A stretch of DNA of 64,000 bases, taken from contig NC_092680.1 in the NCBI RefSeq assembly GCF_964355755.1, positions 5,704,001 through 5,768,000 of the forward strand, written 5' to 3'. Made by a program: the position numbers and the translations under genes. The stretch comes from Antedon mediterranea (taxonomy: Eukaryota > Animalia > Echinodermata). This document shows, piece by piece, positions 49,401 through 61,856 of the stretch (the first letter of the stretch is position 1; the number at the start of each line of letters is the position of its first letter). A model generated the notes under the pieces. The model was not told where the DNA came from. It did not search any database and saw only the letters and a list, made by a program, of their open reading frames with translations.

Positions 49401-52400
49401 CATTATGGTGGATGTCTATGTTACGGACCTCCCATTGAAAATGGTTTCTACTATGATATGTTTATTGAGGACAGGTAATATATAAAACAATGTATATGAC
49501 ATGGTAAAAAAATAATTGATGTTTACGAGTTGAATGGGGATACTATTTTAATGGGTTGAAAAGATTCTCTCCATTCGACAGAGTACAGAAATTATAGACG
49601 GTGGACGGTCACAATCTTTAAGCCTACCAATTGCTACAAGATGACTATTAATAGAACCTTTAATCATTGAAATGGAGAAAATAATGCACAGCTTGTGATT
49701 AAAATCAACCAATCAAATGACAATAATACATTTAAGTGTTTTATATATCTTTTTACAATTGAATTAGGCAAGTCTCAAGCAATGACTTTGGCTCTCTTAA
49801 TCAAATTGTGAAATCTGCTGTCAAGGAAAAGCAGCCATTTGAAAGATTAGAGATGACAAAAGAAGATCTGCTGAAGATGTTTGAGGTAAAACAAAAAAGG
49901 TGTAATGTGCCCAAATATGATAGTGATATGACATCATCATGTCCATATATGGGCACATCACATTTTTTTGTAACATAAAGTTTGATAGAGTAGACAGAGC
50001 TTTACTATTTTTCACCCAAGATATTCCTATCTGTAACTTCCAAATCTATGGATGAATAAAGCGATGTCTATGTCTTATATATACACACACACAAGTATTT
50101 TATTTGTGCAGAATAATCGGAGAATGTTTCACTGCATAAATTTATCATTATGTTCAAGTCAAATAAACACAGTTTGAATGCACTGTGAATAAAATTCATT
50201 ATTAAAACCGATAACAGTAATAAATTATGAATTAGTTTTCAAACCAATTTTGAATATATATTATAGTGTGAATAATAGAAAATGCAATATAGTGTAATTT
50301 TGATTACATTTTTTGATTTTATTTTTCAGTATAATCAATTCAAACATCGGATTATAAATGAAAGAATTACAACGCCAACCACAACTGTTTACAGGTATAG
50401 TCAAACTTTAGTATTCATTAATTTGGATGATTAATAAAAACTTATGCAATCCTCACAATCTAATCTTTAAACACATCAAATAACTTTAAATTATCTTGTT
50501 AAAGTAAAAAACTTTTAAAAAATATAAATAAATAAGGTATAAATAATAAATAAATATAATATAAATAAATAAGGTATAAATAATAAATATAATATAAACT
50601 AGGCTCGCACTAGCCGATCGCCAAGTCGCCATGGGCGAAAACGTTTCTAGATTGGCGAAAATTAAAACGGCTACTTTAGCCATTTTGGCGATGACATATG
50701 ATAAAATAGATAATTAAATAATCATTTTGGCGAAAGCATAAAGTCCAACTAAAAGGTCCATTTGTCGATCTCCAAGCATTTATTTTGTTCGTTATCACGT
50801 TGTTTACTTCAAGCTGCACAGAGAGAAAGACGTTACACGACACATGGATGATGAAGTCTACCCAAACTATCACGTGTTGTGCGCTGCACAAACGATCGAC
50901 TACGTAGCCGACGGTCGGCTAATTACCGGGATTGTCTATTTTTTCGATAGGGGTGTACTTTTCAGATTAAAAAGAAACATTATAGTATCTTCGATGAATG
51001 ACGTCTTAATCTTATCGAAATCAAAAATGTATGCGTTATGCATTTTAGAGTCTTCCAATTTAATGTAGTTTCATATTTTAGCCTTAATAAACTTCCCTCG
51101 TGCGTCAGTAGTGTAAACAAAACAACATGCGGGAAATGGTAGAGTCTAACGGGGATTTAGCTAAACACACACGTGCATCTGAGCGGGGCCGGTCGCCGGC
51201 TTCTGTGTTGTTTTGTGTAAATAAATAATAATCGGAAATTTCTCGCCCTGACAGAAACGCTTCGGCGCAGCCTTGAGGGATGGAAAGACGTGTACTCTGT
51301 GCTTTGGCCTATATTATCTTACTTTTAACAACGATACGAGTGTTCGTTTGCTAGGAATTTTCCTCAATATTTTTAGCATACGATATACCGTTGCGTTGTT
51401 GTACATAATTTTGTAGGCCTAGGCCGGCGGTTCTGCACTTTCGCACCTCTTGAGCATACCCAATTTAAAAACATTAACCCGCTGCGCGGCGGTGATTCTA
51501 GGACACGATTTTCGCCTGGTACGCCATGACCAGCCAAGCGTAAAAAAACAAAAGTAAAGGGGATTTCAGAAAACTGTTAAATGTTTCTTATTAAATTGAT
51601 AACTGTATAAATGCTGTATGATTAAAAACAATTTGAAGAATTGTTTTGATCATGTAAAAAAAATACAAAAACAAATATTTTTTTTAATCATACAGTGATT
51701 TAGGCATGGTTCTTTATCTCAATGCCTTACAAAAATGTTCAGGGAACAGTGTATAGACCTGTTGACATAGATAAATTGACTAAAATATTTTTACCACTAT
51801 ATTTCAAAAATTTTAAATTTTGGCTATAAACCGATTCATTTGGCTAAATAAAAAAATTTGACTTTAGCCATTTTGGCTATAGATAAACTGATTTGACTAA
51901 AAAAAATATTTTGACTTTCGCCAAATGGCTAAACAAAATGAAATGTTAGTGCTACCCCAGATAAATAAATAAATACTGTATGATATTGTATCGTACAAGA
52001 AGTTGAATGTTAGCATGTTTTGCTGCCATAACATCCTAACAATAAAATACTTGATATCAAGTTTGCGGTATCTCAATCCTGAGGACAATCCAAGTACATG
52101 ATCGAAACTTTGAGAAACTCAACACTTCTTTTCAGAACTAAATATACATGTACCTTCCTCCACGGTGTACCGCAAACTTTATATCAACATTTGATTTTGC
52201 GATGCAAACCTTCAAACAATATACTTTCTAATGATAATTCATGTAGTAAATATCAGGAAAGAAATAGGTGCTGCATAGGCAGGATCATAAAACTTGTTCT
52301 TGTTTCTGCCTCAAAATAAAATATTTATTGTACTAATTCATTTAACACATTTGTTTAAAAAAAACGCCATACTTAAGCAAACAAACGCCACAGTTTGTCA

Positions 52401-55400
52401 TTAGCATGCTTTGTGACATAAATGAAGTGGATTACTAGTTACACGTTTATTCTAATTTTGATTTAGGTGTGGACCTCTTATTGATTTGTGCAGAGGTCCT
52501 CATGTCCGACACACCGGTAAAATCAAAGCTTTTGATATTGTGAAGGTAAGTCTAATATTTGACCAGTAAAATGTATTTAGAAATAGTCATAATATAACAA
52601 CCATACAAATTTACCTTTTATCTAAGAGTAAAAGCTCTGTCTACACTTTCAAATTTTATGTGAACAAAAAATGTGATGTGCCCATATATGGACGTGATGA
52701 TGTCATATCACTACCATATTTAAGCATATCACTACCATATTTAGGCACATCACACTTTTTTAGTCAAACTAGTTTGATAGTGTAGACAGAGCTTTAGAAC
52801 TGTTTTTCGAAATTCAATGAATCTGAAACAGAAAAAAAAAGAAAACTCATGTTATTACTAATATATCATATAAAATTAATAAATTAGAAAAGTATTTATT
52901 ATGATAAAATTTAACCAATGATTACTTGATTTTCTCCAGTTTTCTGAAATTAATATATTTAATCCTTTTTCTAGAATTCCGCCACATACTGGGAAGGAAA
53001 TTGTGAAGCTGAAAGCCTGCAACGTATCTATGGAATATCATTCCCAGATACAAAACAACTTAAGGAATGGAAAAAGTTCCAAGAGGAGGCTGCCAAAAGA
53101 GACCACAGAAAAATTGGAAAGGTGAGACTGTCCCAAACTACTCAATTATTAAACACTAAAATGATTAAATATTGTTTATAACTCGCTGACACTCTCTTTC
53201 TAGATTACTGTAAATGAATTACCAACTACTTTAGGAGGATTTAGTTCTAAATTATCAGTGAACAGTAGTTTCTATTAGCGGCTGTCCATTGCAATACATA
53301 TTTAAGGATTCCTTAAGTGATATTCACTTCAAGCTATGTCTACACTATCAAAATAGTTTGACAAGAAAGTGTGATGTGCCTAAATATGGTAGTGATATGG
53401 TCAATTATGGTAGTGATATGACATCATTATGTCCATATATGGGCACATCACCTTTTTTTGTTACATAAGGTTTGATAGTGTAGACAAGCCTTTAGATAAG
53501 AGTTTGTGTGACTACTTGGTGAATATCTCTACATAATGCCAGCCATAAATAGATGAGAATGTCCAACTGTAAACATGATTTTGTTTGGTATTATTTCAGG
53601 AGCAAGAGTTGTTTTTCTTCCATGAGTTGAGTCCTGGTAGCTGTTTCTTCCAGCCTAAAGGAGCACACATCTACAATGCACTGGTTGACTTCATCAAGGT
53701 AAAACAGGATTTAAGGAATTTCCAATAAATTGAGCATATACAATTGCAATATTTTTAAATATTAATTAAAAGACATATTACAGACATCCAGAAACATTCA
53801 TTAATTTTGGAATATAGAATATATATATATATATACAATTTTATTTTAGTGAATTACACTACAAGTTGGACCTAAAAGGGGAAATTGATATTCTGAGACC
53901 CTCTTTGATACTTTGATCAAATGCACAACAATATAATAATTATTAGTAATATATTTGGCTTGTGATGCGGTCAATAACCCTATGGTTACCAACCATACTT
54001 GATTTCCTTTTGAAAACACATGACATACCGCAAACCTAACATTACTATTATAATGATTTAAGCATAATTCTTTCTCTGTTTTATCCTAGTCTGAGTACCG
54101 TAAACGTGGTTTCCAAGAAGTGGTCAGTCCTAACATTTACAACAGTAAGTTATGGATGACATCAGGTCATTGGCAGCATTACCAGGTATGTTGGACAACT
54201 AATTCTATTTTATTTAAGTAAATTTCAGTTGCCATTAAAAGCTCTGTCTATGTTATTAAACTTTATGTGACAAACAAATGTGATGTGACCATATATGGAC
54301 ACGATGATGTCATATCACTATGACCGGCTCAGCTACAGTGATTAAGTTCACTTAGGTTGACCCTGGTCTCCCAAATTTCAGTTTTTTTTGTTTTGTATAT
54401 ACTTAAATAGACCAAATAAATAATGAAATGAAATGAAATATTTAGGCACATCATTACCAAATTTGACTTTTTTGTCAAACTAGCTTTATAGTGTAGACAG
54501 AGCTTAAAAGACACCCTGAGTTGGGAGAAAGGGTTTATTTACGGATTTGTCAGCTAATGCAGTAATATGATCGAGAAAATAGGCTTTTGGATGAAAGTTT
54601 TTTTTTTCACATAAAGTTTGATAGTGTGGACAGAGCTTTAAACTAGGGATACGCAGCTATACTGACAATAATAAATAATATTTTTATTAGTAGGATAAAT
54701 TTATTTTAATTTTTTTTTCAGGATAATATATTTAAGTTTGATGTAGAAAAGGAAACTTATGCCTTAAAACCTATGAATTGTCCAGGACATTGGTAAGTAA
54801 ATGATTAAAGTATAGTGGTTTTTTTAAAAATAATTATATGCTGAAAGTGTTGATAATATCCAGTGATATTTAAAAAAAAATAAAAAAATTGTTAGCAATA
54901 ATTGGTTTTTTTATTTGGTAATGTTTGGTTTGGTTATAACATACTATATTAAATATAAGGAGTTAGCAATAATTTGTCATCATCAACAACATTATCACAA
55001 CAAACATATTTTTAGACATTTGGAAACACTCTTTTGTTATAGTTTCCAGTTCACAAATCTGGTGATACACATGACCTCAACAACTACAGACCCATATCAA
55101 TTTTATTTAACATCTGTAAAATCACAAAAAAATATTTTTTACATTATTTCTCTGGGGTTTAGCCTTATCTTTGATCATCGTCCGAGATCATGGCGTGAAC
55201 TTCCTTTCCGAATGGCAGATTTTGGCGTTCTTCATCGTAATGAGCTGTCAGGTGCCCTCTCAGGTCTGACTAGAGTACGTAGGTTTCAACAAGATGATGC
55301 TCATATCTTTTGTGTACAAGATCAGGTATAAATAATTTTTGTCATTTCTTTAAGTAATTTTTTTTTTCAACAGCATGTACATTAACTTTTCCAATCATAA

Positions 55401-58400
55401 AGAAGAGGTTTGTTTTGTTCTGTAAATGTGTGTAAGTGGCTATTCTTGGATGTGTGTCAATATAATAATATAAAAAAAACAATAATAATAATCTAAACCT
55501 TTTAGTGAGTGATGACAGAGATTAATTTTAATTAAAACAGTAGTATTGTATATGTTATTTTATTTTAATCAAAAGCAATAAACATCAAATATAACTTGTT
55601 TTTTCTTGGTTAATTCAAGGAGCTTGTGTGGGTGTTTTATTAATTTCTATTTTTAAAATTTGGCAACACAATACACAGTTAAAAGCCAGTAATTTTTTTA
55701 ATTTATATTATTATATTATTTTAACATACATTTCAGATGTTGTTTAGTTGTATATACTTTGTTAATTTTCCCCAATATTTATTAAAAATAAGTAGTTTAT
55801 ATCAGCTGCTGCTTATACAGATTTTTTCGAGAGTTTTTCCAACTTTCGTAAGTCCTTGATTGTCATGAATAATGTTGCTGAACTTCTGACAGAATAATAA
55901 AATTAAAATTAACTTAAGTTTGAAAACATTTTTGCAGACATGTTTTATTTAGATTAATTAAAATTTGTATTAAATTAATTTTGTTACAGATTAAACAAGA
56001 AATATCTGGATGTTTTGACTTTCTGAAAACTGTGTACAGTGTTTTTGGATTCACATACAAGCTAGCCCTCTCAACGAGGCCTAAGACTTTCTTGGGAGAA
56101 ATAGAAGTATGGGATGATGCAGAAAAGGTAAGTATTTTTTAAATGCACACATGCACCCTTATAGAGTCTAGCAACCACGCAGCGCCACCTACCGTTGTGA
56201 CGTCAGCGCCGCAGAACTCTATTGTGAGGCTTATTGTAAAGCTAATCAGCTAATCTATTGTATCACGTTGAAGATATTTTTATTTGACCTGTGACCTATG
56301 TTAATTTATATGTTACCTATGACCTAGGATGTGCTTCCTTGCTTGGTTCCTTGACACTTTTGAAGATTCTAAGTACAGGTGATGATCAACAACACAATAT
56401 GTGTAGGTCCTAGATTGTTGCAAGTCAAAAGCTCTCTATAACCGTTTTAGGGTCAGAGTTCAACACATGGCTCAAATGATGACATAGATTGAGGTCTCCA
56501 GAATGATTAATGAGGAACAGTCTTTGCTGATGAGCCTAAAAAAAACTCAATATAACAACTTGTGTGCAACTCTTTTTTTTCTTAAGCTCTGTCTACACTA
56601 CCAGACTAGTTTGACATAAAGTTTGATGTGCCCAAATATGGTAGTGATATGACATCGTCGTGTCCATATATGGGCACATCACATTTTGTCACATAAAGTT
56701 TGATAGGGTAGACAAAGGCTTAGAGACGGCAGTGACTTCACTTCACAATAATAATAATTCTTTTATTTTTAGCAACTCGCTGAAAGTCTGACTGCAGCTT
56801 TTGGCGACAACTGGAAATTGAATCCAGAAGATGGTGCGTTTTATGGACCAAAGGTTTGTTGTTATGAATCTTTTTATGACACAATGAATAAAACAACAAA
56901 ATAGTTTGTAGGCAATACAGAAACCATTAATTCACAGATGTATTGAAAGTTAAACATTGATTATACCATTCTATGTCTAGACAACACATTAAGAAATAAC
57001 AACCAAAAAAAGACCTTGTCCTAAACATTGTATTTACGTGTTAAGCTCTGTCTACACTATCAAAGTAGTTTTACAAAAAGAGTGTGATATGCCCAAATGT
57101 GGTAGTGATATGACATCATTATATCCATATATGGGAATATCACATTTGTTGTTTGATAGTGTAGACAGAGCTTTACATTTGTTATCATACATTTATGCAT
57201 CAGAAGTTGTAATGTACAACACAATTGTCTCCAAATAATGTATTGCAAATTAGAAGATTAAACTTGATGTCGATGAGTAACACCCGATTCTTTCCTAATA
57301 ATGCTAGACAAATGGTAGGCTAAAATTCAGTCTAATTCCAGGATTTCTTTTAGATGTGAGTTTGTTTTTCTTTTTTAGATTGACATCACCATTCAAGATG
57401 CTTTGAAGCGGTCACATCAGTGTGCTACAATACAGCTTGATTTCCAGTTACCAATCAGATTTAACCTCAAGTTCTCCAGGTATAAGCCCACCCTGCCAAT
57501 AATCCCACCCTCATATAAACCCACCCTGTTGTATATGCCCATTCTGTTGAATAATTCCATCCTCTCATATAAACCCTACATTTTGTATAAGGCCATTTTG
57601 TTGAATAAGTCCACCTTCTCATATAAACCCTACATTTTGTATAAGCCCATTCTGTTGAATAAGTCCATCCTCTCATATAAACCCATGCTCTTGAATAAGC
57701 CCATTCTGTTGAATAAGTCCACCCTCTCATATAAACCCTACGGTTTGTATAAGGCCATTTTGTTGAATAAGTCCACCCTCTCATATAAACCCTACATTTT
57801 GTATAAGCCCATTCTGTTGAATAAGTCAATCCTCTCATATAAACCCATGCTCTTGAATAAGCCCATTCTGTTGAATAAGTCCACCCTCTCATATAAACCC
57901 TACGGTTTGTATAAGGCCATTTTGTTGAATAAGTCCACCCTCTCATATAAACCCTACATTTTGTATAAGCCCATTCTGTTGAATAAGTCGATCCTCTCAT
58001 ATAAACCCATGCGGTTGTATTAGCCCATTCTGTTGAATAAGTCCACCCTCTCATATAAACCCTACGGTTTGTATAAGCCCATTCTGTTGAATAAGTCGAT
58101 CCTCTCATATAAACCCATGCTGTTGAATAAGCCCATTCTGTTGAATAAGTCCACCCTCTCATATAAACCCTACGGTTTGTATAAGCCCATTCTGTTGAAT
58201 AAGTCCATTCTTTCATATAAACCCATGCTGTTGTATTAGCCCATTCTGTTGAATAAGTCCACCCTCTCATATAAACCCTACCTTTTATACAGTATAAGCC
58301 CTCCTTGATGTATAAGCCCATCCTGTCATATAAGCTCACCTACTCTATAACCCATTATATTGTACAAGCTCACCATATAAGGTCTTTTCATATAAACCCA

Positions 58401-58758
58401 CCTGTACTATAAGAATCATAAATATATCATATCACTTATTTCGCCAATTTTCAAATACAGTACAAAGTAAGACATAAAACAATACAAAAGTAAATCAATG
58501 AGGCAGTATTACCTAAAAGTTGTAAATAAAAAGGCTGAACAATTCCTTGCAATATAATCTATTGGAATTTAAACTTGAGTGAACTGCAATTTCAAAACTA
58601 GTCTTGGAATTCTTGAGTTGGTTTTATCACTTGTGAATAATTCTATTATTTTGTAGCAATGATGGTCTTGAGAAACGACCGGTAATAGTGCATCGTGCAA
58701 TTTTGGGATCAGTTGAACGAATGATAGCAATTCTTACTGAAAGTTGTGGCGGTAAATG
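46474..58758 (+). CDS. TARS1: Threonyl-tRNA synthetase (eukaryotic ThrRS), 3'-partial
   Basis: Exons: 46474-46530 (MADKVADS...; donor ambiguous), 47235-47300, 48042-48123 (LNPWPEYI), 48604-48703 ([18 protein letters not shown] domain), 49229-49474 ([35 protein letters not shown]), 49768-49885, 50330-50394, 52467-52545 ([13 protein letters not shown]), 52975-53121 ([17 protein letters not shown]), 53600-53698, 54090-54185 (LWMTSGHW), 54722-54792 ([10 protein letters not shown]), 55163-55325 ([27 protein letters not shown]), 55990-56127, 56773-56853 (DGAFYGPK), 57379-57479 ([12 protein letters not shown]), 58657-58758 ([11 protein letters not shown]). Anticodon-binding-domain exons were not found, so they presumably lie beyond 64000. 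Confidence 0.97.
46592..46655 (+). CDS. Candidate alternative 5' exon of TARS supplying a second ATG (MSIEP, 46641-46655)
   Basis: Strong acceptor tcttctttactttttag|, TAG at 46634-36 in frame with exon 1, ATG at 46641, donor CCG|GTTAGT in phase 0. Confidence 0.45.
47073..47171 (+). CDS. Candidate 99-nt in-frame cassette exon of TARS encoding a mitochondrial-presequence-like peptide
   Basis: ctttcaatttacag|AAT ACC...ACA CAT|gtttgt, phase 0/0, no stop. Peptide [33 protein letters not shown] has no D/E and contains an RFYS motif. Confidence 0.6.
47301..47945. repeat. Minisatellite, 18-bp unit (TTGTTTACACATTTGTGG) in TARS intron 2
   Basis: About 25 near-perfect core copies with degenerate edges. 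Explains the ORFs at 47332-47887. Confidence 0.97.
50599..51960. mobile_element. hAT-like non-autonomous element (degenerate TIRs)
   Basis: Sharp GC-rich insert in an AT-rich intron. CTAGGCTCGCACTA / TAGTGCTACCCCAG termini. TTGGCGA, TGGCTA and TTTAGCC repeats cluster at both ends. No clean TSD. Confidence 0.55.
52633..52793. mobile_element. Harbinger/Tourist-type MITE, representative of ~19 copies in the window
   Basis: TIR AGCTCTGTCTACACTATCAAACT, TWA flanks. Other copies or fragments at about 5826, 16862, 17810, 19110, 20887, 28490, 31144, 32350+36288, 36667, 37937, 43863, 49895, 53332, 54240, 54600, 56585, 57044 and 58845. Confidence 0.88.
56469..56536 (+). ncRNA. Candidate box C/D snoRNA in TARS intron 14
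   Basis: GGCTCA-a-ATGATGA (C box 56476-82) ... CAGA (D') ATGATTA (C') ... CTGA (D box 56527-30)-TGAGCC. Perfect 6-bp terminal stem, 68 nt, same strand as the host gene. Confidence 0.65.
57044..57172. mobile_element. Harbinger-type MITE copy with clean TTA TSD
   Basis: TTA|AGCTCTGTCTACACTATCAAA...TTTGATAGTGTAGACAGAGCT|TTA. Confidence 0.88.
57480..58400. repeat. Higher-order minisatellite (three 18-mers forming a 54-bp unit) in TARS intron 16
   Basis: ATAAGCCCATTCTGTTGA / ATAAGTCCACCCTCTCAT / ATAAACCCTACRKTTTGT repeated in fixed order. Confidence 0.93.
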
Positions 58759-59967
58759 GTGAGTTGGTTTTAACAAATTATCTTAGAGAAATTCATACAA
58801 TATACATATGTTTAAAATACAGTATTCCATTCATACATCTTACAGAACACTATCAAACTAGTTTGACAAAAAAAGTGTGATGTGCCCAAATATGGTAGTG
58901 ATATGACATCATCATGTCCATATATGGGTACATCACATTTATTTGACACAGTGTTTGGTAGTGTAGACATAGCTTAATAAACATACACTTTAATGCTTTT
59001 CAATAAAATATGACCATATTTGTTTACTTATATTCTTCATTTCATAATTCATATTTCCAAGGCCAAGTCTATATTTCTGTAAATATTTAATGGTGTATTA
59101 ACAAAAGTGAAGTTTTTTTTTTCCAATGAATTATTTTCTAATTTCAAATATTAACATTAAAAAAAAAACTACAGTGTAAAACACTAATGGGTTTTTATTA
59201 TTAGTGACTTCTCACAATGTATTTTGTTGTAAAATGTTGTTGAAAAATATGTATGTAATGTATATATTTTCTGTGGCCTAGCCTCACAGCTAGGCCTAGA
59301 TTAGTCTAGGGCTACCATACAGTTACAGTAGCTAGTGACCACTGCGTGCTGTAAATAATGTAGGCAAACACGGCAACCTGGATTTTACAAATTCCATGTT
59401 GTATGTACTGTACGTATTTTTTTTATTTTGGTCATTTACATAAAATGAAGTTTCACTGCATATACCTTAGAACATGAAACGAGAAAAGTTTAGAAAAACA
59501 CAGGTTTAATTTTCATTTTGGAGGTGTGGGGAAAAAATTAAAATAAATCTGGTAAATGTCTGTAAAGTTTTAGAAGGTACAGACCTATTTCTTACCACCA
59601 GTGATGATAGTTAAATGTATGAAATGAATATTTTATTTCTGAGACAGAACATAATTTTTACTACTACTTTAAAAATGTCTGTGCAGCGTATTATGTTTTT
59701 TATGTTCATATTTTACAATGTGTTGTATTATTCTCAGTAATTCATAAAGCAGGTTGTAATAAAATAGATATATTGTGCACATGCAGCTTCATAATAATTT
59801 CCTTATCAAACATTCATGTTAATAACATTCCCAGGTGCAGACAAAGAGTCTAGGCCGAAGATCTTGTTAATTTTGTATGTCTTTTCTATGTTTTATCTCC
59901 TTAAATCTGCCTGGTGTAGTACTGTATTGTTTGTGTACTACAACATATGTACCTGTTTTTTAAGTAA

Positions 59968-60255
59968 ATAATAATAATAATATCCTGGATTTATATAGCG
60001 CCTAATGTTGTTAAACCTCTAAGCACTAAACATTATTACCCCTGGTAATTTTTGCATCAAACACGTATGGAAACATACTCCCATAATGCAGCTAGTAATC
60101 AACGCAAATTTGTGTCTTGATACCCATATACACCTGGGTGAAGAGATGCAAGCGTAAGTAAAGTATCTTACATAAGGATGCAAGCAATCCGGCAGAGTTG
60201 GATTCGAACCGCGATCCCTACAGTAGATGTGAAATTTAGTTAACTGATATAGCAC
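59968..60255 (-). mobile_element. tRNA-derived CORE-like SINE
   Basis: Reverse B box (GGATTCGAACC, ~60200-60210), AGTAAAGTATCTTACATAAGGA core-like block, ATTTATATAGCGCC 3' block and (AAT)n tail. Confidence 0.65.
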
Positions 60256-60257
60256 CT

Positions 60258-60640
60258 TTTAGGATTAATTATGATTGGTTAATATAAAAGGATCAATAAT
60301 GATCGGTCAATATGTACGGATTATGATTAATCAATATTTACGTATTTATTATGATTGGTCAATATGTACGGATTCATTATGATTGGTCAATATGTGAGGA
60401 TTAATAATGTTTGGTCAATATGTATGGATTAATTAAGATTGGTCAATATGTAAATGGATTAATTAAGATTGGTCAATATGTATGGATTAATTATGATATG
60501 GTCATTATGCACAGATTGATTATGATCAGTCACTTTGTATGGATTAATTATGATTGATGAATATGTAGAGATTAATTATGATTGGTCAATAGGTAGGGAT
60601 TAATTATGATTGGTCAATATGTAAGGATTAATTGATTGGT
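60258..60640. repeat. Minisatellite, ~28-bp unit (GGATTAATTATGATTGGTCAATATGTA)
   Basis: About 13 degenerate tandem copies abutting the SINE head. Confidence 0.9.
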
Positions 60641-61856
60641 TGGTGACCTTGAATTTTATGGATATTTCATTTCTGATGATGACATAACTATGTCAAATAT
60701 TGAATCCCGACACGATCAAATGAATTTTCCTACTTGAATGTATTATTAAATGTATCAAACTTTCATATTAAAAATACAATCTCTTTCAAATTAAACAGTA
60801 ATGTAGCAAGATCGTGCATTTTATGCAATTCAATGAAGTAAATCATTTGAGTAATTTGTTTGTCTTGTGTTAAGTGCATTTTTAACCTGCTTAGTAGAAC
60901 ATTATATTATCTTTTTGATTTTAAAACATGCTTTTAAACCTTTATTTTTGTGTTCATTTTTAATGATAATGTTCGGCTTCCAGACTGATCTGTTTTGTGC
61001 ACTCAATACATATTTGTGTTTGTGCGTAGTCACTAAAAGCATTTTTTATCTTATGAATAACAATCCATTTAGCCTTCTATAGATAGGATGGAACAAACAT
61101 AATTGGATTCCCTAGTACATTGATGTCGCTGAAGTTGCTTGTTTTGAATTAAATATACAATAAGTTAGGTTTCCAAACAGAAATAAAGCGTGGTTAAGAA
61201 TGTCTCAATGTTTTGGATGTTATGCTTCTTCTCAAATCTAAACTTTACTAGCGTTTAATTCACCACACACTTGCTATATAGCAAAATGTTTTTTTAATTA
61301 TTTGTTTTATTTGGTACTCACACTAAAAATTGAGAAACATACAAGTGAGGAATATCAGTTTATGTTGCACACAACCAATAGTTGTAGCTTGTGTTTACAC
61401 TTGTGATACCTTATGTGTTCTAGCATAGAGATCTATATTTATTTATATTTATATTTATTTTCTGGTGAGAACCAAGCTTTAGATAGACCATATCAAATAA
61501 CCTCTCCTTTTTTCCTGATCCTCACTGGACACACATAATCTTAAATACATGTGCATTTACTAAGCATTTGAATTAATCTAGGCTTATTTGGTGAGTTATT
61601 CCATACAGTTAGAATATTCATAACCTTATGGTTAAAGGCATCCCACAAGAACAACATAACTTTCCCTTCATTCAATTCAAAGTCATACCTGCCCTATTTG
61701 ACTTTAGATAGTGAACATGTTGTGTCTAATGATTATTAACTGAATGAAATTTAGCACATTTAACTCAGTCAATTATTAATTGGTTATCCGCACTTGGCGG
61801 ATTACCTCTTGTTATTGTCAGGATCTTTTTTTTTCTCTTTCTCTTTTTTCTTCTAT

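Noticed and set aside
57467-58339. 290-aa minus-strand ORF
   Set aside because: Antisense translation of the 54-bp repeat.
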